From Callorhinchus milii (Eukaryota), in contig NW_024704743.1 in the NCBI RefSeq assembly GCF_018977255.1, positions 104,410,001 to 104,474,000 on the forward strand: a stretch of DNA of 64,000 bases, written 5' to 3'. Numbering within the stretch: position 1 is the first letter of the stretch; every line of letters starts with the position of its first letter. A model generated the notes under the pieces. It was not told the DNA's origin, ran no database searches, and saw nothing but the letters and a program-made list of their open reading frames with translations. Shown here piece after piece: positions 1 to 12,947 of this stretch. A program made the translations under genes and the position numbers.

Positions 1-270
1 CCAACTGCTGATGATGGGGTGGGCTGGGCGGGGAATGTGGAGCAGGCTGAGCTTACTAAGCGGAGGGAGCGGACAGGTTGATAAGGGGTTAGCAGGTTGA
101 AGAGGTAGGAGGATGCAAGGTCATGGAGGGCCTTGAAGGTGTGGACAAGAATTTTGATGAACCTCTTAGGGATGGGGAGCCAGTGGAGCTGGGAGAGGGT
201 GAGTGTAATGGGGTCACAAAGCCTGGTGCGGAAGAGGACACGAACTGCAGAGTTCTGGGTGAACTCTGCA
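1..270 (-). mobile_element. L2-clade LINE 3' fragment
   Basis: Minus strand resembles the L2 ORF2 C-terminal region seen in the better copies at 26402-26952 and 63345-64000; degraded. Confidence 0.65.
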
Positions 271-1938
271 GTTCAAGAGATGGGAAATCACTCAGAATCT
301 GAAAACATGCTGCTGAAAGAACAGCAGTGCGCAGTGCATATAATTCCAGAGGCAATTATCGCAAAGTGGTGGTGTTGTTTGGCTTCTGCCAAACAGACAT
401 AAATTCTCTGGTAACGAGCAGAAGCCAAACAGCATTGAAAATGGAAAGGCAGGGAGGTCAGATACCAATCCCATATCTACTCCCGTTGGATAAATTCCAA
501 CTTGTGGCTGTGACAGTGTGGTGTTTAATGTATAACTATTTAACCTAACTTGTGATATACTCTTCTAATCATAACCCCTTGCTGGAGATCATCTCTGCAT
601 TACAGTATTGTGGCCAAGTATTGAAGCATTGTCAGCATGAGATACTAAGCCAATGGAGGCAGTAAAGATCTAGTTTTGGAAGTCCTATTTGCTAAATCTT
701 GATATGTTACAAGATTTGAAACAGTCCAGGAATTAAGGAATTAAAACATTCTATTTCTCCAGTAATACTTTTTCCAAAACTGACATCCAAAGAAGAAGCC
801 ATTTCCTTCCTGAGGAGACAAGAATAGGATTCAACAATAAAAAATGATGGGAAGCATGCAGTCGTAATTTTAAAAGTAATGATTACAACATTATACTGAT
901 ATTATTACTAATAAACTTATTACATTACACCCATGTAAGATGGTGAATATCAGGTGTCTGTTTACCAGTGAGAGCAGCATTGTTGACTCTGAACCAGATG
1001 GGGAGGGGGGAACAGGGAACAAAAAGTGTAGTAAGTTTAGTGCTGAAAAACATGCTCTGACATACATCTGACCACACAACCTTGTTCTGACTCAAAAATT
1101 GTCCTATAGGCAGCTTCTAGACTACTCATACAGTTAAAAATGTCAAAAACAGAAGATAGTTTGGTGGATTCTCTGATGTGTAGGATTCCAGTGATTACAT
1201 TACTGGATTCAGACTCCTTGAACTATTGCTGTGCAGCATTGATTTTTTGGCGCTGGAGCATCATAACGTTAACACAGAAACTTATTTTATATTAATGGAA
1301 GCTTAACAATAAATAAAAGTTTAAATTACCCTTCTCTGAGTTTGACAGGATTGTTAGTGAGTGATCAATAAACAGATTAGCGCAATGGAACCCACTTAAA
1401 TAATTCATACCAAAAACTTTAAAAGTCAATGTAACTATCCATGGTGTTTGTTGTTTCACAACTGAAATACTGTTGCATTGTATTATAATGATGGCTTTTT
1501 GTAGTTTGCAACACTCACAATTGGTCAATGATAGTAAAAAAAATTAAAAATCCTTTCACATCACAAAAGTAACTGTAATTGTCAGAGAAAAGAAGTCCAG
1601 GTTACATTGGGCTGCATTGATGGCTTTTCTGATAACGTTCTCACCAGTGTAATTTTGTAGTGTTTGCATAGTACAGAGAAGCAGACAGGGAGCACTGTAA
1701 TTGTACTTCTGAATCTGATAGGAATAATTCCATATTATTTTAGTGGAAGAAAGTTTTTTNGTGCAGAAAACTGTAAATGGTTGTTACTTTTCAAAGCTGT
1801 CAGTTCTCTAAAAGCTTACAGTGAAAGTCTTTAATCCTGGCTGGTAGACATGCACGTCTAAGGATGATATAGCAATGTCACAGTGACAATTAGCTGGCAT
1901 TGTCAGTTCTGAATGCTGCTGCTTTGGAATTTGACTAA

Positions 1939-2250
1939 ATAATAATAATCCTTGCATAGCGCTTTTCACATCGGAAGGACGTCCCAAAGCGCTTCACAGA
2001 ACACACTGTAAAGTGAATTGACTGTAAATTTGTGGGCGAATGCGGCAGCCAATTGTGCACAGCAATGTCCCACAATCAGTCGTAGATTGAAAATGACCAA
2101 TTTTTTTTTATTATTGTTTTTTGTTTTGGAGGGATTATTATTAGGCGTGTGGAGTAAGAAAACTTGCCCAAGGTTTCGCCCTGCCTGGAATTGAACTCAG
2201 GTCTCTCGCTTGCAAAGCGAGTGCTCTAACCACTGAGCTACAGGACTCCA
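1939..2250 (-). mobile_element. tRNA-derived SINE (Deu-domain core, L2-type 3' tail), young family
   Basis: Reverse complement gives head TGGAGTCCTGTAGCTCAGTGGTTAGAGCAC (A box) and GAGTTCAATTCC (B box), core GGGACATTGCTGTGCACAATTGGCTGCC, and a (TTA)n tail; more than 12 near-identical copies in the window. Confidence 0.9.
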
Positions 2251-2599
2251 CAAACAGCTATGTGTGGGTGCGCTTAAAGCATTTTCCATCTCACTGGTCA
2301 AACATGTAACTCTCAGCAAGGATTCCTGCATCAAATCCTCAGTCTTTCCCTATTATATTCTAATTGCACTTTGAGTGCTTGGATGAAAATCCATCCACTT
2401 AGTTGAGATCTTGCATTCATCAAGTGCCATGTTGAGAAGTTCCAATGATTTGAGAACTATGCTTAATTGGAACTTTATGGGTCGATCAGAATTGTGCTTA
2501 TCTTTGGCAAACTAAGTAGACGAACTGCTTAGCTCCATGGATTCCCATCCTGTAGAATTTTCCGATTCATGCTTTCTTATGGTTTATGGCGCCCAGAAG

Positions 2600-3005
2600 G
2601 TGTCAAGCTGGCTCAAGTGGTAATACACTTGGCTCTGAATCAGAAGGCTGTGGTTTCAAGGCTCACATCAGGACTTTGACCTCACGGTCTAGGCTCACAT
2701 TTCACTACAATACTGGAAGAGTGCTATAATTTTTAAAGTGTCAACCTTTAGATCAAATATTAAACCACTGTCCAATCTGTCTGTTCATGTGGCTGCTTTG
2801 AAAAGGGAAGGGAGTTTTTGCCAGTATGCTAGCTAATTTTTGTAGACAAAATTGGTCATTAATTTTATGGCTATTTGTGGATATTGATTTGCACAAATTG
2901 ACTGTCGCTTTCATTTACACAATCACTACACTTTACACAAATCCTGTGAAGCATTTTGAGATGTCCTTCCAACGTGAAATGCGTTACATTAAGTATACTT
3001 TTTGT
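2600..3005 (+). mobile_element. Older Deu-domain tRNA SINE (SacSINE1-like), diverged
   Basis: CTCTGAATCAGAAGGCTGTGGTTTCAAG head, then the Deu-like core and a GTGAAGCATTTTGAGATGTCC tail; homologous to 36050, 47810 and 51320. Confidence 0.7.
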
Positions 3006-3636
3006 ATTCAATAGCATGCTTGTTTATTTCTTATTTTAGGTAAAATTATTCATTACACGTTCTTTGTTCGTATGGAGTATCAGAAAAAAGCGAAGTGTTT
3101 TACATACTTTCCTCACATTCAAATTCTAGATGGTGTCATTTTGGCTCAGAAACTGTTATAATTAGGCAGACCCAGAGGAAGTCAGTGTAAATTGTACATT
3201 AATGGGGCTCTGGAGAACATCTTTTCTCACCGGCCCTTTGTGAGGAAAGAGGAGGTGATGAAAGTTCAGGATTCTGGAGTTGATTGTAGGCTGACCATAG
3301 GCAACAAATACTACCCTTAGTGCCTGGACTGTGTTAGAATATACCATCTAACCTTAGAGAAGGACAATGCGTGAAGGAGACAAAGACTGATCAGAGAGGT
3401 TGAGGGAAACTTGCAAGGTCAGTTAACAATAAATGCGTATCTTAGACTCAATTAAAGAATAGATTACATGTGGTTTGGTGGAAGGTGTGAGCTTTGAAGA
3501 GTTGCAATAATGATTAATAACCAAATAGCTTTTTTGGTTTTTGCATTCTTAGAGTTAAGAGTTTTTGTTGTGATTTTTAAACTTATACAGTAATCTTCAG
3601 TGAGTACTCTGGGAGCGTTTTAGCAATGACTTAATG

Positions 3637-4114
3637 CAGAGTGGTCCAATCTTTTGGCTGCTGAGGACCAGATGCTGGATTTGAGAAATGTCTGCAGGCT
3701 GCATAAGTGATATTTTTGTGTTTCCCTTTTAGAAACATAACCCGTAATAATCATATAGAAATCCTATGTTTTAAATTGTGTAACTGTATTACTTAATTTC
3801 ACTATATATTAGTTACAATGCAAACTTTAAATTGGCAATGTATTTGTCTCTGTCTCTCTCTGTATCTGTGTGTGTCTCTGTATCTATCTCTTTCCCGCTC
3901 TCTCTCTCTCTCTCTCTCTCTCTCCCTGTAACTCTCCTGTTACTGGTTTGAAAGTAATTGACAGGTCCTGCTGCTACCTGCCGCCTCGTGTCATTGTTTT
4001 AACCGCCGGGTTTCCAAGCCTGGGCTCCAGACACACAGTGCAACATGCACAGTGCATGCCGAATGGGCTGGATGCCAATTGGACCACAGGCTGGATGCCA
4101 ATTGGACCACCCTG
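3637..4114. mobile_element. Non-autonomous hAT-type DNA transposon (MITE)
   Basis: 14-bp TIR CAGAGTGGTCCAAT (3637) / ATTGGACCACCCTG (4101-4114), 1 mismatch; flanked by 8-bp ACTTAATG / ACTTAATT (7/8 TSD). An 8-bp TSD with CAG termini is typical of hAT. Confidence 0.8.
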
Positions 4115-5154
4115 ACTTAATTGGTAAAACTAGGGTGGTCTTTGGGACGTCCTCCCGACATGAACGGCGCTTTACAAATGTAATTTTGTGTTGTATAAAG
4201 GCACTATCCTGGATGGCACTTTGCCAGAAAGACATGGAAGTCACAGGTGTGAATCCCACCATTAGTGTTAAAAGTTAAAAGTAATAATCCTTGCATTTGA
4301 TATAGCACTTTATCACATCTTCGAGACATCTCAAAGCGCTTCACAGAATATATTATAATGTAAATTGACTGTATATTATGTGGTCGAAACATACTGCTTA
4401 GATCCTACAATCAGCCCTAGGTTAGGAGAGAAAAATCGAGTAGGGTTCCTAGTTTTGCTTGCTTTCCAGAGATACCTACGGAAAGATGCTTGTGTGTGAA
4501 CATTGGCTGAGAATAGGACTGAGCTCAGCTATGAAATATCCCACATGATATGGGGGGAGGGAAATAAAAGAATTACCAGACTATGAACAGGTATGATGTG
4601 AAAATGCTGATCTAATGGTATTCCATGCACATCTGTTTCCATCCTATATGAAAAACATTGAAGCATCCAGTATAAATCAATTTGAAAACCACCTACATTA
4701 TATTGTACATCTAGGTTGCAACTGGCTTAAATAAATAATGAGTTGAAACCTGGAAAGAAATTCTGCAGCACACACAGAATAAAAGGTAATAATCCATTTA
4801 CGTCTGGTATCACATGGTTTTTTGTGTGATGTGGTGAATCGATCTTGACTCCTGTGTGTGAGTGCTGTGGAAGTTACAGCGTACACTGTGAGATTTTAGA
4901 GAGCAGAGTAAACTGCTGAATTGATGGCTTTGATGATATTGTTGTTCCTCTAGCATCTCGAATGGATACAACAGCTGACTAAATGGCACACGTATACTAT
5001 ATAAAGGGCTTACGTCCTGCAGTATGTACCGCATTAAATTTAAAAGTGTGTATTGCATAGAAGGGAGAGGAAAATCATTAAATTCTGCATACATTTTCAT
5101 ATGTTTATAATTTGATCCCTTATTTTATTCCAAAAAGCTTATGTGTTCTATCAA

Positions 5155-5202
<48 letters not shown>

Positions 5203-5249
5203 CCTTGCATTTTCGGGTCAGGGCGAAACATTGGCTAAATTTCCTTAAT

Positions 5250-5281
<32 letters not shown>
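5155..5281. repeat. (AAT)n and (CA)n microsatellites within a rearranged SINE remnant
   Basis: Direct reading: (AAT)~16 at 5155-5202 and (CA)~16 at 5250-5281. Confidence 0.9.
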
Positions 5282-5284
<3 letters not shown>

Positions 5285-5469
5285 CGTTTACCTAGCAGTA
5301 AGTTGGAACCTGCTAAGATACAGTATTCTATATTTAAGAAGGATTTAACTCCAATTAATTATTCTATTTAATGCATGTGACCATTGTGAACTTAGACAGT
5401 AGGTTTTATCAGTTAATTCAAACATGGGAAACATCAGCTGGGCCAGAGGCACATACAATGTCACTTTGG

Positions 5470-5840
5470 TTTAGGTGAATGCACTCTCACCTCTGGGTCC
5501 AAACATTATGAATTTTTACCTCATGCCAGGCTTGACTGTATGAACCCCATGCTGAACCCCAGCACATTACTGGTGCACTGCACTGTTAGAAGTGCCATCT
5601 ATCAAATGAGATGTTAAAATTAAATACCATGTGCTTGTGATCAAGGTGGACGTTAAACATCCCAGGGTAAAAATTCCATTAAAAGTTACATGCATCAGTT
5701 TTGACGATGTTGGCCTTCAACAGGGTTTTCCATTATAGTTGGACTGGGTCAAATTGAGCAAAAAGCATAACAAAAGGTTTACCCATCCATGGCACTCTTT
5801 GAAAAGAGAAGGAAGTTTAGGACTTGACCAACATTCCTCT
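5470..5840 (+). mobile_element. Older Deu-type SINE remnant, interrupted
   Basis: CACTCTCACCTCTGGGTC...AGGTGGACGTTAAACATCCC...CCATGGCACTCTTTGAAAAGAG motifs shared with the other old SINE copies. Confidence 0.55.
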
Positions 5841-6302
5841 AGATGACTTGGCCATTCAAATTGAATCAAACAGATTACTGCTAAACTATTCTTTCGAAAT
5901 TACTGACAGGCACATTCTGTTGTGATAGAAACTACACAAAAGCCCACTTTCTGCAACCTATCGACAAAACCAAGAACCCAACCCAAGCTGCCAGAAGCTG
6001 GAATAGCAGAAGCATGAGCTAAAGGTAGGAAATAACGGGCTGAGAATGTCACAGTTTATCTCAATTACACTTTGGTTTCTCCTAGAATTAATTGTCTCTG
6101 CTTTTCCATCCAGTCAGCTCAAATCATAAATTTCCTTCTAAATGATCAGCCGTTTTTGTGTTTACGCCCCTGAACTGTAAATGTTCTTGACTACCAGTAA
6201 TACACCAATTTGAAGTGGCACACCTGATCCTTAGAACCATAGATTTTTACAATGGAGAGAAAGACCCATTGTGTCTATGTTAGAATTGTGTCTGTGTCTG
6301 TC

Positions 6303-6754
6303 TCGAATTCAAGATCCTCATCCTCACCTACAAAGCCATTCACGGTCTTGTTCCCTCCTACCTCTCCAACCTACTATCCCCCTACCTACCTGCCCATACC
6401 CTCCGTTCCCCTGGCTCCGGTCTGCTCCGCATCCCCCGCCCCAACCGCCCTACCATCAGTGACCGGGCCTTCAGCCTCTCAGCCCCTAGGCTCTGGAACT
6501 CCATCCCCCAGTGCCTTCGCCTTGCTTCCTCCCTTTCCTCCTTCAAGGCCGGTCTCAAGACCTTTCTCTTTGACCGTGCCTTCAGCTCTCCTCTCGACTC
6601 TCTACCCCCTCCTCGCTCCCTCCCTTCCTTCCCCTCAACCTGACCATTTCCCCCCTGCTCGGGTCCTGACCCAACTGTCCAGCGCCTTGGGACGTGAAAG
6701 GTGCTCCCGACGTGAAAGGTGCTCTATAAATGGAATCTTGTTGTTGTTGTTGTT
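6303..6754 (+). mobile_element. L2 LINE 3' end (subfamily A), (TTG)n tail
   Basis: Encodes EFKILILTYKAIHGLVPSYL (L2 ORF2 C-terminus); 3' UTR ends CTATAAATGGAATCTTGTTGTTG. Confidence 0.9.
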
Positions 6755-7650
6755 ATAGCTCTTTGGAAGAGCAATCCGGACAGTTCCATTTGCTTGAACT
6801 TTCCACAACCCTGCATATTGATTTTTAGATTTATAACCTTTTTTAGATATCTATCCAGTATCCTCTTGAAAGCTGATATGGAATCTACCTTACCCATTGC
6901 ACCCAGTAGGACTTTCTATATTAATAATAATAATAATAATCCTTGCATTTGATATTGCGCTTTTCACGTCTTCTAGACGTCTCAAAGCGCTTCACAGAAT
7001 ATGCTGTAAAGTGAAATGACTGTATATTTGTGAGCGAAACGCGGCAGCCAATTGTGCACAGTAGTGTCCCACAAACAGTCGTGGATTGAAAATGACCAAT
7101 TTCTTTTTTTTTGTTTTGGAGGGATTATTATTAGGCATTATTATTATTAAAAATATTGTAACAACTCTGTTTTTTCAAAAACAACCTCCTAATATTCCCT
7201 TCTTGCTCCTTTGGTAACAAATTAAATTGATATCCTCCAGTCTCTGACTCACTGACCAGTGAAAATAATTTCTCCTTATCTACTCTATCCAAATCCCTCA
7301 AAATTTGAAAGCCCTCTCTCAGGTTTCCCTCAACCTTCTCCCCTCCAGTGAAAATAGGCCCAACTCCTCCAATCACTGCTCATAGGACAACACACTCATT
7401 CCTGGTACAGTACTAATAAATCTCCTCTGCACCTTCCCTGTTGCCCTGATATTGTCCTAAAGAGGGATGATCAAAACTGGAATCCTTTAACTGTGATCTA
7501 TCTAATGATATATACAGGTTAAGCATTATCTCTTGTTTTAATATTCTATGCCCCTGAATATAAAATCTCGGATCCCATTAGCCTTCTTCATAGCTTTGTC
7601 CACCTGCCTCCCCACCTTTAAAGATTTATGCATGTTAACTTCCTTGGTCT
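6755..7650 (-). mobile_element. CR1 LINE 3' fragment interrupted by a SINE (6925-7135)
   Basis: Minus ORF ...GNLREGFQILRDLDRVDKEKLFSLVSESETGGYQF matches the CR1 ORF2 C-terminus (RGDLIEVFKI...VDREKLF). Confidence 0.75.
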
Positions 7651-10600
7651 CATTGCTCTTTTTTAATTATTTTCAATATAATGTCATGTAGTAATTTGCC
7701 TACAAAATACACAGTCACTACATTTTAAGGTAAATCCTGTGAAATGTTTTGAGATATCCTCCTGATGTGAAAGACGTTATGCCGAATTCATGAATGATTT
7801 ATTTGTGTGTCTGTCCCTGGTAGAGTGATTCCAGAACAATGGGACATTAACGTAAAATTAAAATTAAGCTGTTCATGAGCAAGATCAAAAATATTTCTTC
7901 ACTTAAATGGGAGATAGATATTTGTGAAACAAGATAATGGGAATGGTAGTCAAATAAGATTGAAATACATGCAATTATCTAATAAAATAGCAGAACAGGC
8001 TTAATGACCGAATGTGCCTGTTTATTCCAAAATGCAGTCATTACACTGTATTCCTTTTATAGCATCAAGCTGCTCTTTAAATGATTGCAGTGTGTTTATG
8101 TTTATTAATGTTCTATGTAACCCGTTACAGCTGCTGATTACATTCTAGGGAAAGAAATATGTGTTGTCTATCCTAAAATAGCCTTTCACATCACTGTTTG
8201 CTGTACAGGTGTCTTAGCAAACTGGAAAGCAATATTTTTACACTTCCTCCCTATTCAGCATCTTATATACCACTATAATGCCCTCTGGGACATTGCATGA
8301 ATGCTGAAAAGCACTCATTTATCTAGTCCATCCTGATAGCATATTCCTTTAACCTAAGAGATCAGCCTGGATCCTCCCCTCATATGGCCTGTACATATGA
8401 CCTGAGGAAGTTTCACTGACAATGAGGCTGTGCTGCATTGTTGTGCTGAGCCAAAGACAGCTGCTGCCTGTTTTCTGGTTTCGGCCTTATTAATGATATA
8501 TGTAAAGTGTCTCATTACTGGCACAAGCTGAGTGTACAACTTTAAGAAAAATGAGCAGGATGAAGTGCCTCTTCACGTTCACGATCAGGTGGCTAATTGA
8601 TTGTTGAGTAGAACTCAAACATTTTTTTCTATCAGGATTTGACTGGAAATGATTCATCGTGCTTTATACCAAAAGTCAGTTTGTGCTATCAATCATGTGC
8701 TCACCTATGGTCCATATTCGTGTGTTAATTTAATCAATCTCCGAGTGAGTTACCATTTGCACAAAGATACTCTTGCTTGGACTTTAACCGCCAGTCGTAG
8801 CATCAGCATTTAAATAACCCTGCCTTTAAATAAATGATTATTTTTTACTTACAGAACGCTATAGGTTTCCCCCTTAATTTGATGGCAGTGCTTAGAAATT
8901 GTAGTCTGCTTGGATTGACCATTTGTGTAAGCTTTCTGTTCATTCACTGTATAAAAGTTGCATACTGGGACTTTGCTGGGGATTCACTGCCAGACCCAAT
9001 GCAGGTCAAGTTTGCGGCATATACGAACCTGTGTCCAAACAGTTCTCCTTTATGCATCTGAGTTTCTGGGGATGCAACAGAAGGGCTTCCACTGGCCCAT
9101 TTGCTAAATCCAGGATCAAGCAGTTAGGTAGATTTGTGGCAAACATGGGAAATGGCTGTAGGGAAGGAAGACTCTGGCCTACACTGATTTGTTCCTGAAT
9201 ACCTGGAGGTGGAGTAGGCTTCACAGTGGGCATGTCTACTTGCAAGGTGGGTCCACAGTACACCAGGACACTGTTGATGGCAGCCCAACCAGCCTGTCCC
9301 ATCGGCAGGACATAGAAGGAAAGACCAGTCATTGGGGACAGGGATTCTACCCACTGAGTCTCCGTTAACCCTTTAAGCCTCAATAGGTAGGGTGGTCTTA
9401 GCTGGACATGTAGCTTCATGATGATGTATAATCTTCTGATAATTGATTGGCACTGGCTGAAATAAATTCATCTGCAGCAAAATCTGCAGCAAAAGAAAGT
9501 TTAAAAGATTCAATACCTTTTTTCACTATGTGGAATGTCAGCATAGCTCAGTTGATGGCACTCTTACCAGAAGTCAGAAGTCAGAAGGTTGTGGATTCTA
9601 ATAATAATAATCACGCCGGGATGACATCTCATAGCACTTCACAGGATATTACACACTAAAGTGTAATGATTCGTATTAGGTGCAATGTATTGACAAGGAC
9701 TCATTCTTCATCTATTACAAGAGAGAAAAAAAAGTCACACTAGCACAGTATTTCTTAATCTCAGAAATCACTGATGCCACTGACACATGGACTGAGGAAT
9801 GAAACTCCATTAACTAGTGATGTAATAAAAAAGTAAGATTGGGTAACATTTTGGCTGTGACTATTCATTTGAATGGCCACATGAGAGGTGCTGATCAACA
9901 GCTGTAGATTGTTATCCTTTTTACCAAAGACTGAAACATGGTCGTATTGCTAAGTTCCATTGAAAGACTGAGTTGATTCAAATGGAAGGACTGAAATACA
10001 TTTAAATGTTTCTACTAGGATTAATTAGGTGAGTCAGATTTGGTGGTTTATAATAATAATAATAATCCTTGCATTTGATATAGCGCTTTTCACGTCAGGA
10101 GGACGTCCCAAAGCGCTTCTAATGCAAGGATTATTATTTATGGCGGCTACAGGCAAATAAGCAGCTGAGAGAAAACGAATATTTTGGGACAGAGCCCTGG
10201 TCAAAAGTTAAATTTAATTGTGCCAAGTTATAATGCACACATTGAACTGGAGAACCACAGAAATTTATAGAACAGAAGTATTTTCAAAAGTGTGGAAAAC
10301 ATTTTGCCCTAGAAGTGGCTTGCAAATTCAGTCACTATAGTCGACAATAGTTTATGTAAAGTGTTTAGAGATAGTGTTAATGTGATAATACGATGCCTTT
10401 TTTTTATCCCTTATTAATCCCTTAAAATAATAATAATTTTGGTCACTCAATCCATGACTGTTTCTGGGACACTGCTGTGCACAATTGGCTGCCGCATTTC
10501 TTTCACAAAATATACAGTAAATTCACTTTACAAGATGCTGTGACAAATGCATGGATTATTATTATAATTATATGAATGCAAGTTGTTGTTATTGCTCTTT

Positions 10601-10734
10601 CTTCCACCAAATGCACACTGATGCCAAACGTACATATAAGATTTCACTCCATGTCTAATCACCATTTTACAAATATCCGTGGTGTTCCTACTATACAAAT
10701 TTTCAGCATTTTTACAATACGATACAAATTTACA

Positions 10735-11272
10735 TGTATATAGCACTTTTCACATTGGGAGAACGTCCCAATGTGAAAAGGTCCTGATTTGGCACTGGAG
10801 CTAAAGGGCTGGAAAGGGGAAAGATGACCAAAAGTGCGGTCAAAGAGGTAAGTCTTGAAATGGACTTTGAAAGAGGTGAGGGAAGGAGTGCATTGGAAGG
10901 ACTCTGGGATGGAGTTTCAGGGGGTGGGGGCAAATAGGCTGAAAGCCCTAACACTGATGATGGGCAGGTTGGATGAGCCAAGGGAGTAGCCCCCTACTTA
11001 GCTGCCTGTACCCTCCGTTCCTCTGGCTCCGGTCTGCTCCACATCCCCTGCCCTAACCGCCCTACCATCAGTGGCTGGGCCTTCAGCCTCTCAGCCCCTA
11101 GGCTCTGAAACTCCATCCCCCAGTGCCTTCTCCTCGCTCCCTCCCTTCCCTCCCCTCACCCTGACCATTTCCCCCCTGCTCAGGTCCTGACCCAACTGTC
11201 CAGCTCCTTGGGACGTCCTCCTATATAGAGTGAAAGGCGCTCTATAAATTAAATCTTGTTGTTGTTGTTGTT
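10735..11272. mobile_element. Two L2 3' fragments in opposite orientations (- 10735-10980; + 11000-11272)
   Basis: The + copy matches the L2 subfamily A 3' UTR and (TTG)n tail; the - copy is a diverged homolog. Confidence 0.75.
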
Positions 11273-12009
11273 GTAGCCAGGTTCATACAGTTTTATATCA
11301 GGAGACCCTTTCACTTCTCAGCAGTTGTGTTGATGTATGTGAATCTTGAGTCCTTCCCTTAATGTAATGGAAGTCACTTCCAAATGGCAATGCACAGCAG
11401 TTTGGTAATGAGGATATTGGAGAGATCAGTTTCTTGGCATTAGAGCAAACAATGCCTTAATGTCTTAAATACATTGAGAAAAAGCCAGTAATGTTTATTC
11501 AATTATACCTGTCAGAAGATAGTTGACTGTTGAATATCCCCAACAAACTATTTCTGAGTAGGCTGTTAATAAAGCTCCAATTTAAAAAATGATCTGAATT
11601 AAGTTATTGTTTGGAGTTGGCTGCAAAATGCGTGTCCAAATGGAAGAGCATGTGAAGGATTCTGGAAATTGCAGGGTGAGGTTGGTGGTATTTCTCGACT
11701 AATTTCTTAATTAAGAAATCTGAGTGGAGGATCCTTCCATAAATTAGAGGAATGTCACACATCACATATCTACTTGAGGGGAGATTTGCTTTGAAATCAA
11801 TTGAGTTGGAATGGCTGTCACTCGACATAGCATCATAGACTTCTGAATTGCTTAATTTGGAAATCTGTTAAAAAATAGCACAGAATTTCCCACTCCAAAC
11901 ACTTGGATTCACAGTAGAGCCAATATGCCAATTCAATTAGTAAACTGCACAATAAGGATAGATTTATATCAACATTTTCTTGTATTAAAAAGGTAAGATT
12001 GAATGATAT

Positions 12010-12280
12010 TAATGGATTAAACGAAGATCCTGCCTACCTGTTCAGGTGGACGTGAAAGATCCCATGGCACTACTTGAAAAGAGAAGGTAGTCCTGGCCAA
12101 CAATCCCCCAAATAAAATTGGTCATTCACTTCAAGGCTGTATGTAGGACCTTGCTGCACATAAATTGGCTGCCATATTTGCCAACATAATACAAATAGCC
12201 ACTGCACCTTACAGTAAATCCATTTAAGCACTTGGAGACATCCTCTCAATATAAAAGGTGCTATATCAAATGTAAAGATG
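12010..12280 (+). mobile_element. Older Deu-type SINE 3' half
   Basis: CAGGTGGACGTGAAAGATCCCATGGCACTAC...AATTGGCTGCC...AGGTGCTATATCAAATG. Confidence 0.7.
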
Positions 12281-12895
12281 TTCCTTTAGTTGGGAAGTAA
12301 TGTACCTTGTTCTGTTCCTTTAGTTTCATTCATCCATCTATTTTTAATTTCCCAGTGCATCTTGAACAGTTATTCAATCTCAGTTAATGGTGAATGTTTC
12401 TTGTAATGTATTTTCTTATCTTGTATGCTTGCTTTTCTACTGTTGTTGAAAGAGTGCAGAACAGACATTCAATGTAATACCATTATGCTATTAAAGGACA
12501 TCAATATCTCAAGAAACATTATATTCTGTTGGAAGATCTCAAGGAATATTAGTTATATGAGGTGTAGTATGCATGATTATTATTTGCACAGTGAATTACA
12601 CAAATCAATTGGTTTTATAAGCATATAAAACAGTTTAGCATGCACTATCCTTCTCAAAGCAATGTTGACTTGTGGCAAAGAGGTTTCTATTTGTAGCTTG
12701 CTATGAAATTTCATAAGCATCTCTGGTGTAAATGTGGCCTCAGGCTATTCTTCCAGGTCTCATGTTTCTGTCAAGGAATGTCATTTACTTCAGGCTATGC
12801 AGGATCTAGGATTAGTAGTATTCAGGCATCACTAAAGTGGAAGAGACAAATGGATTACTTTCAAAGATTTGTACAGGAATTTCAAATCATTAAGT

Positions 12896-12947
12896 GAAAT
12901 ATGGGATTTTCAGAATAAATATGGGATTTTCAGAATAAATATGAGAT
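12896..12947. repeat. 20-bp tandem repeat (~2.5 copies)
   Basis: AAATATGGGATTTTCAGAAT repeated. Confidence 0.85.

Noticed and set aside
1760..1760. Single ambiguous base N after a T run
   Set aside because: Assembly or base-calling ambiguity with no biological meaning.
6252..6758. Pro/Ser-rich ORFs (also 26249-26857, 33393-33853, 63509-63964)
   Set aside because: Alternative reading frames of L2 3' ends.
8000..8900. Repeat-free tract that may hold conserved non-coding elements (also about 38860-39450 and 44480-44830)
   Set aside because: Conservation cannot be assessed without alignments.
9006..9419. 137-aa minus ORF in a slightly GC-richer patch
   Set aside because: No recognisable motif or convincing splice sites; several overlapping frames are open, consistent with composition or an old repeat.
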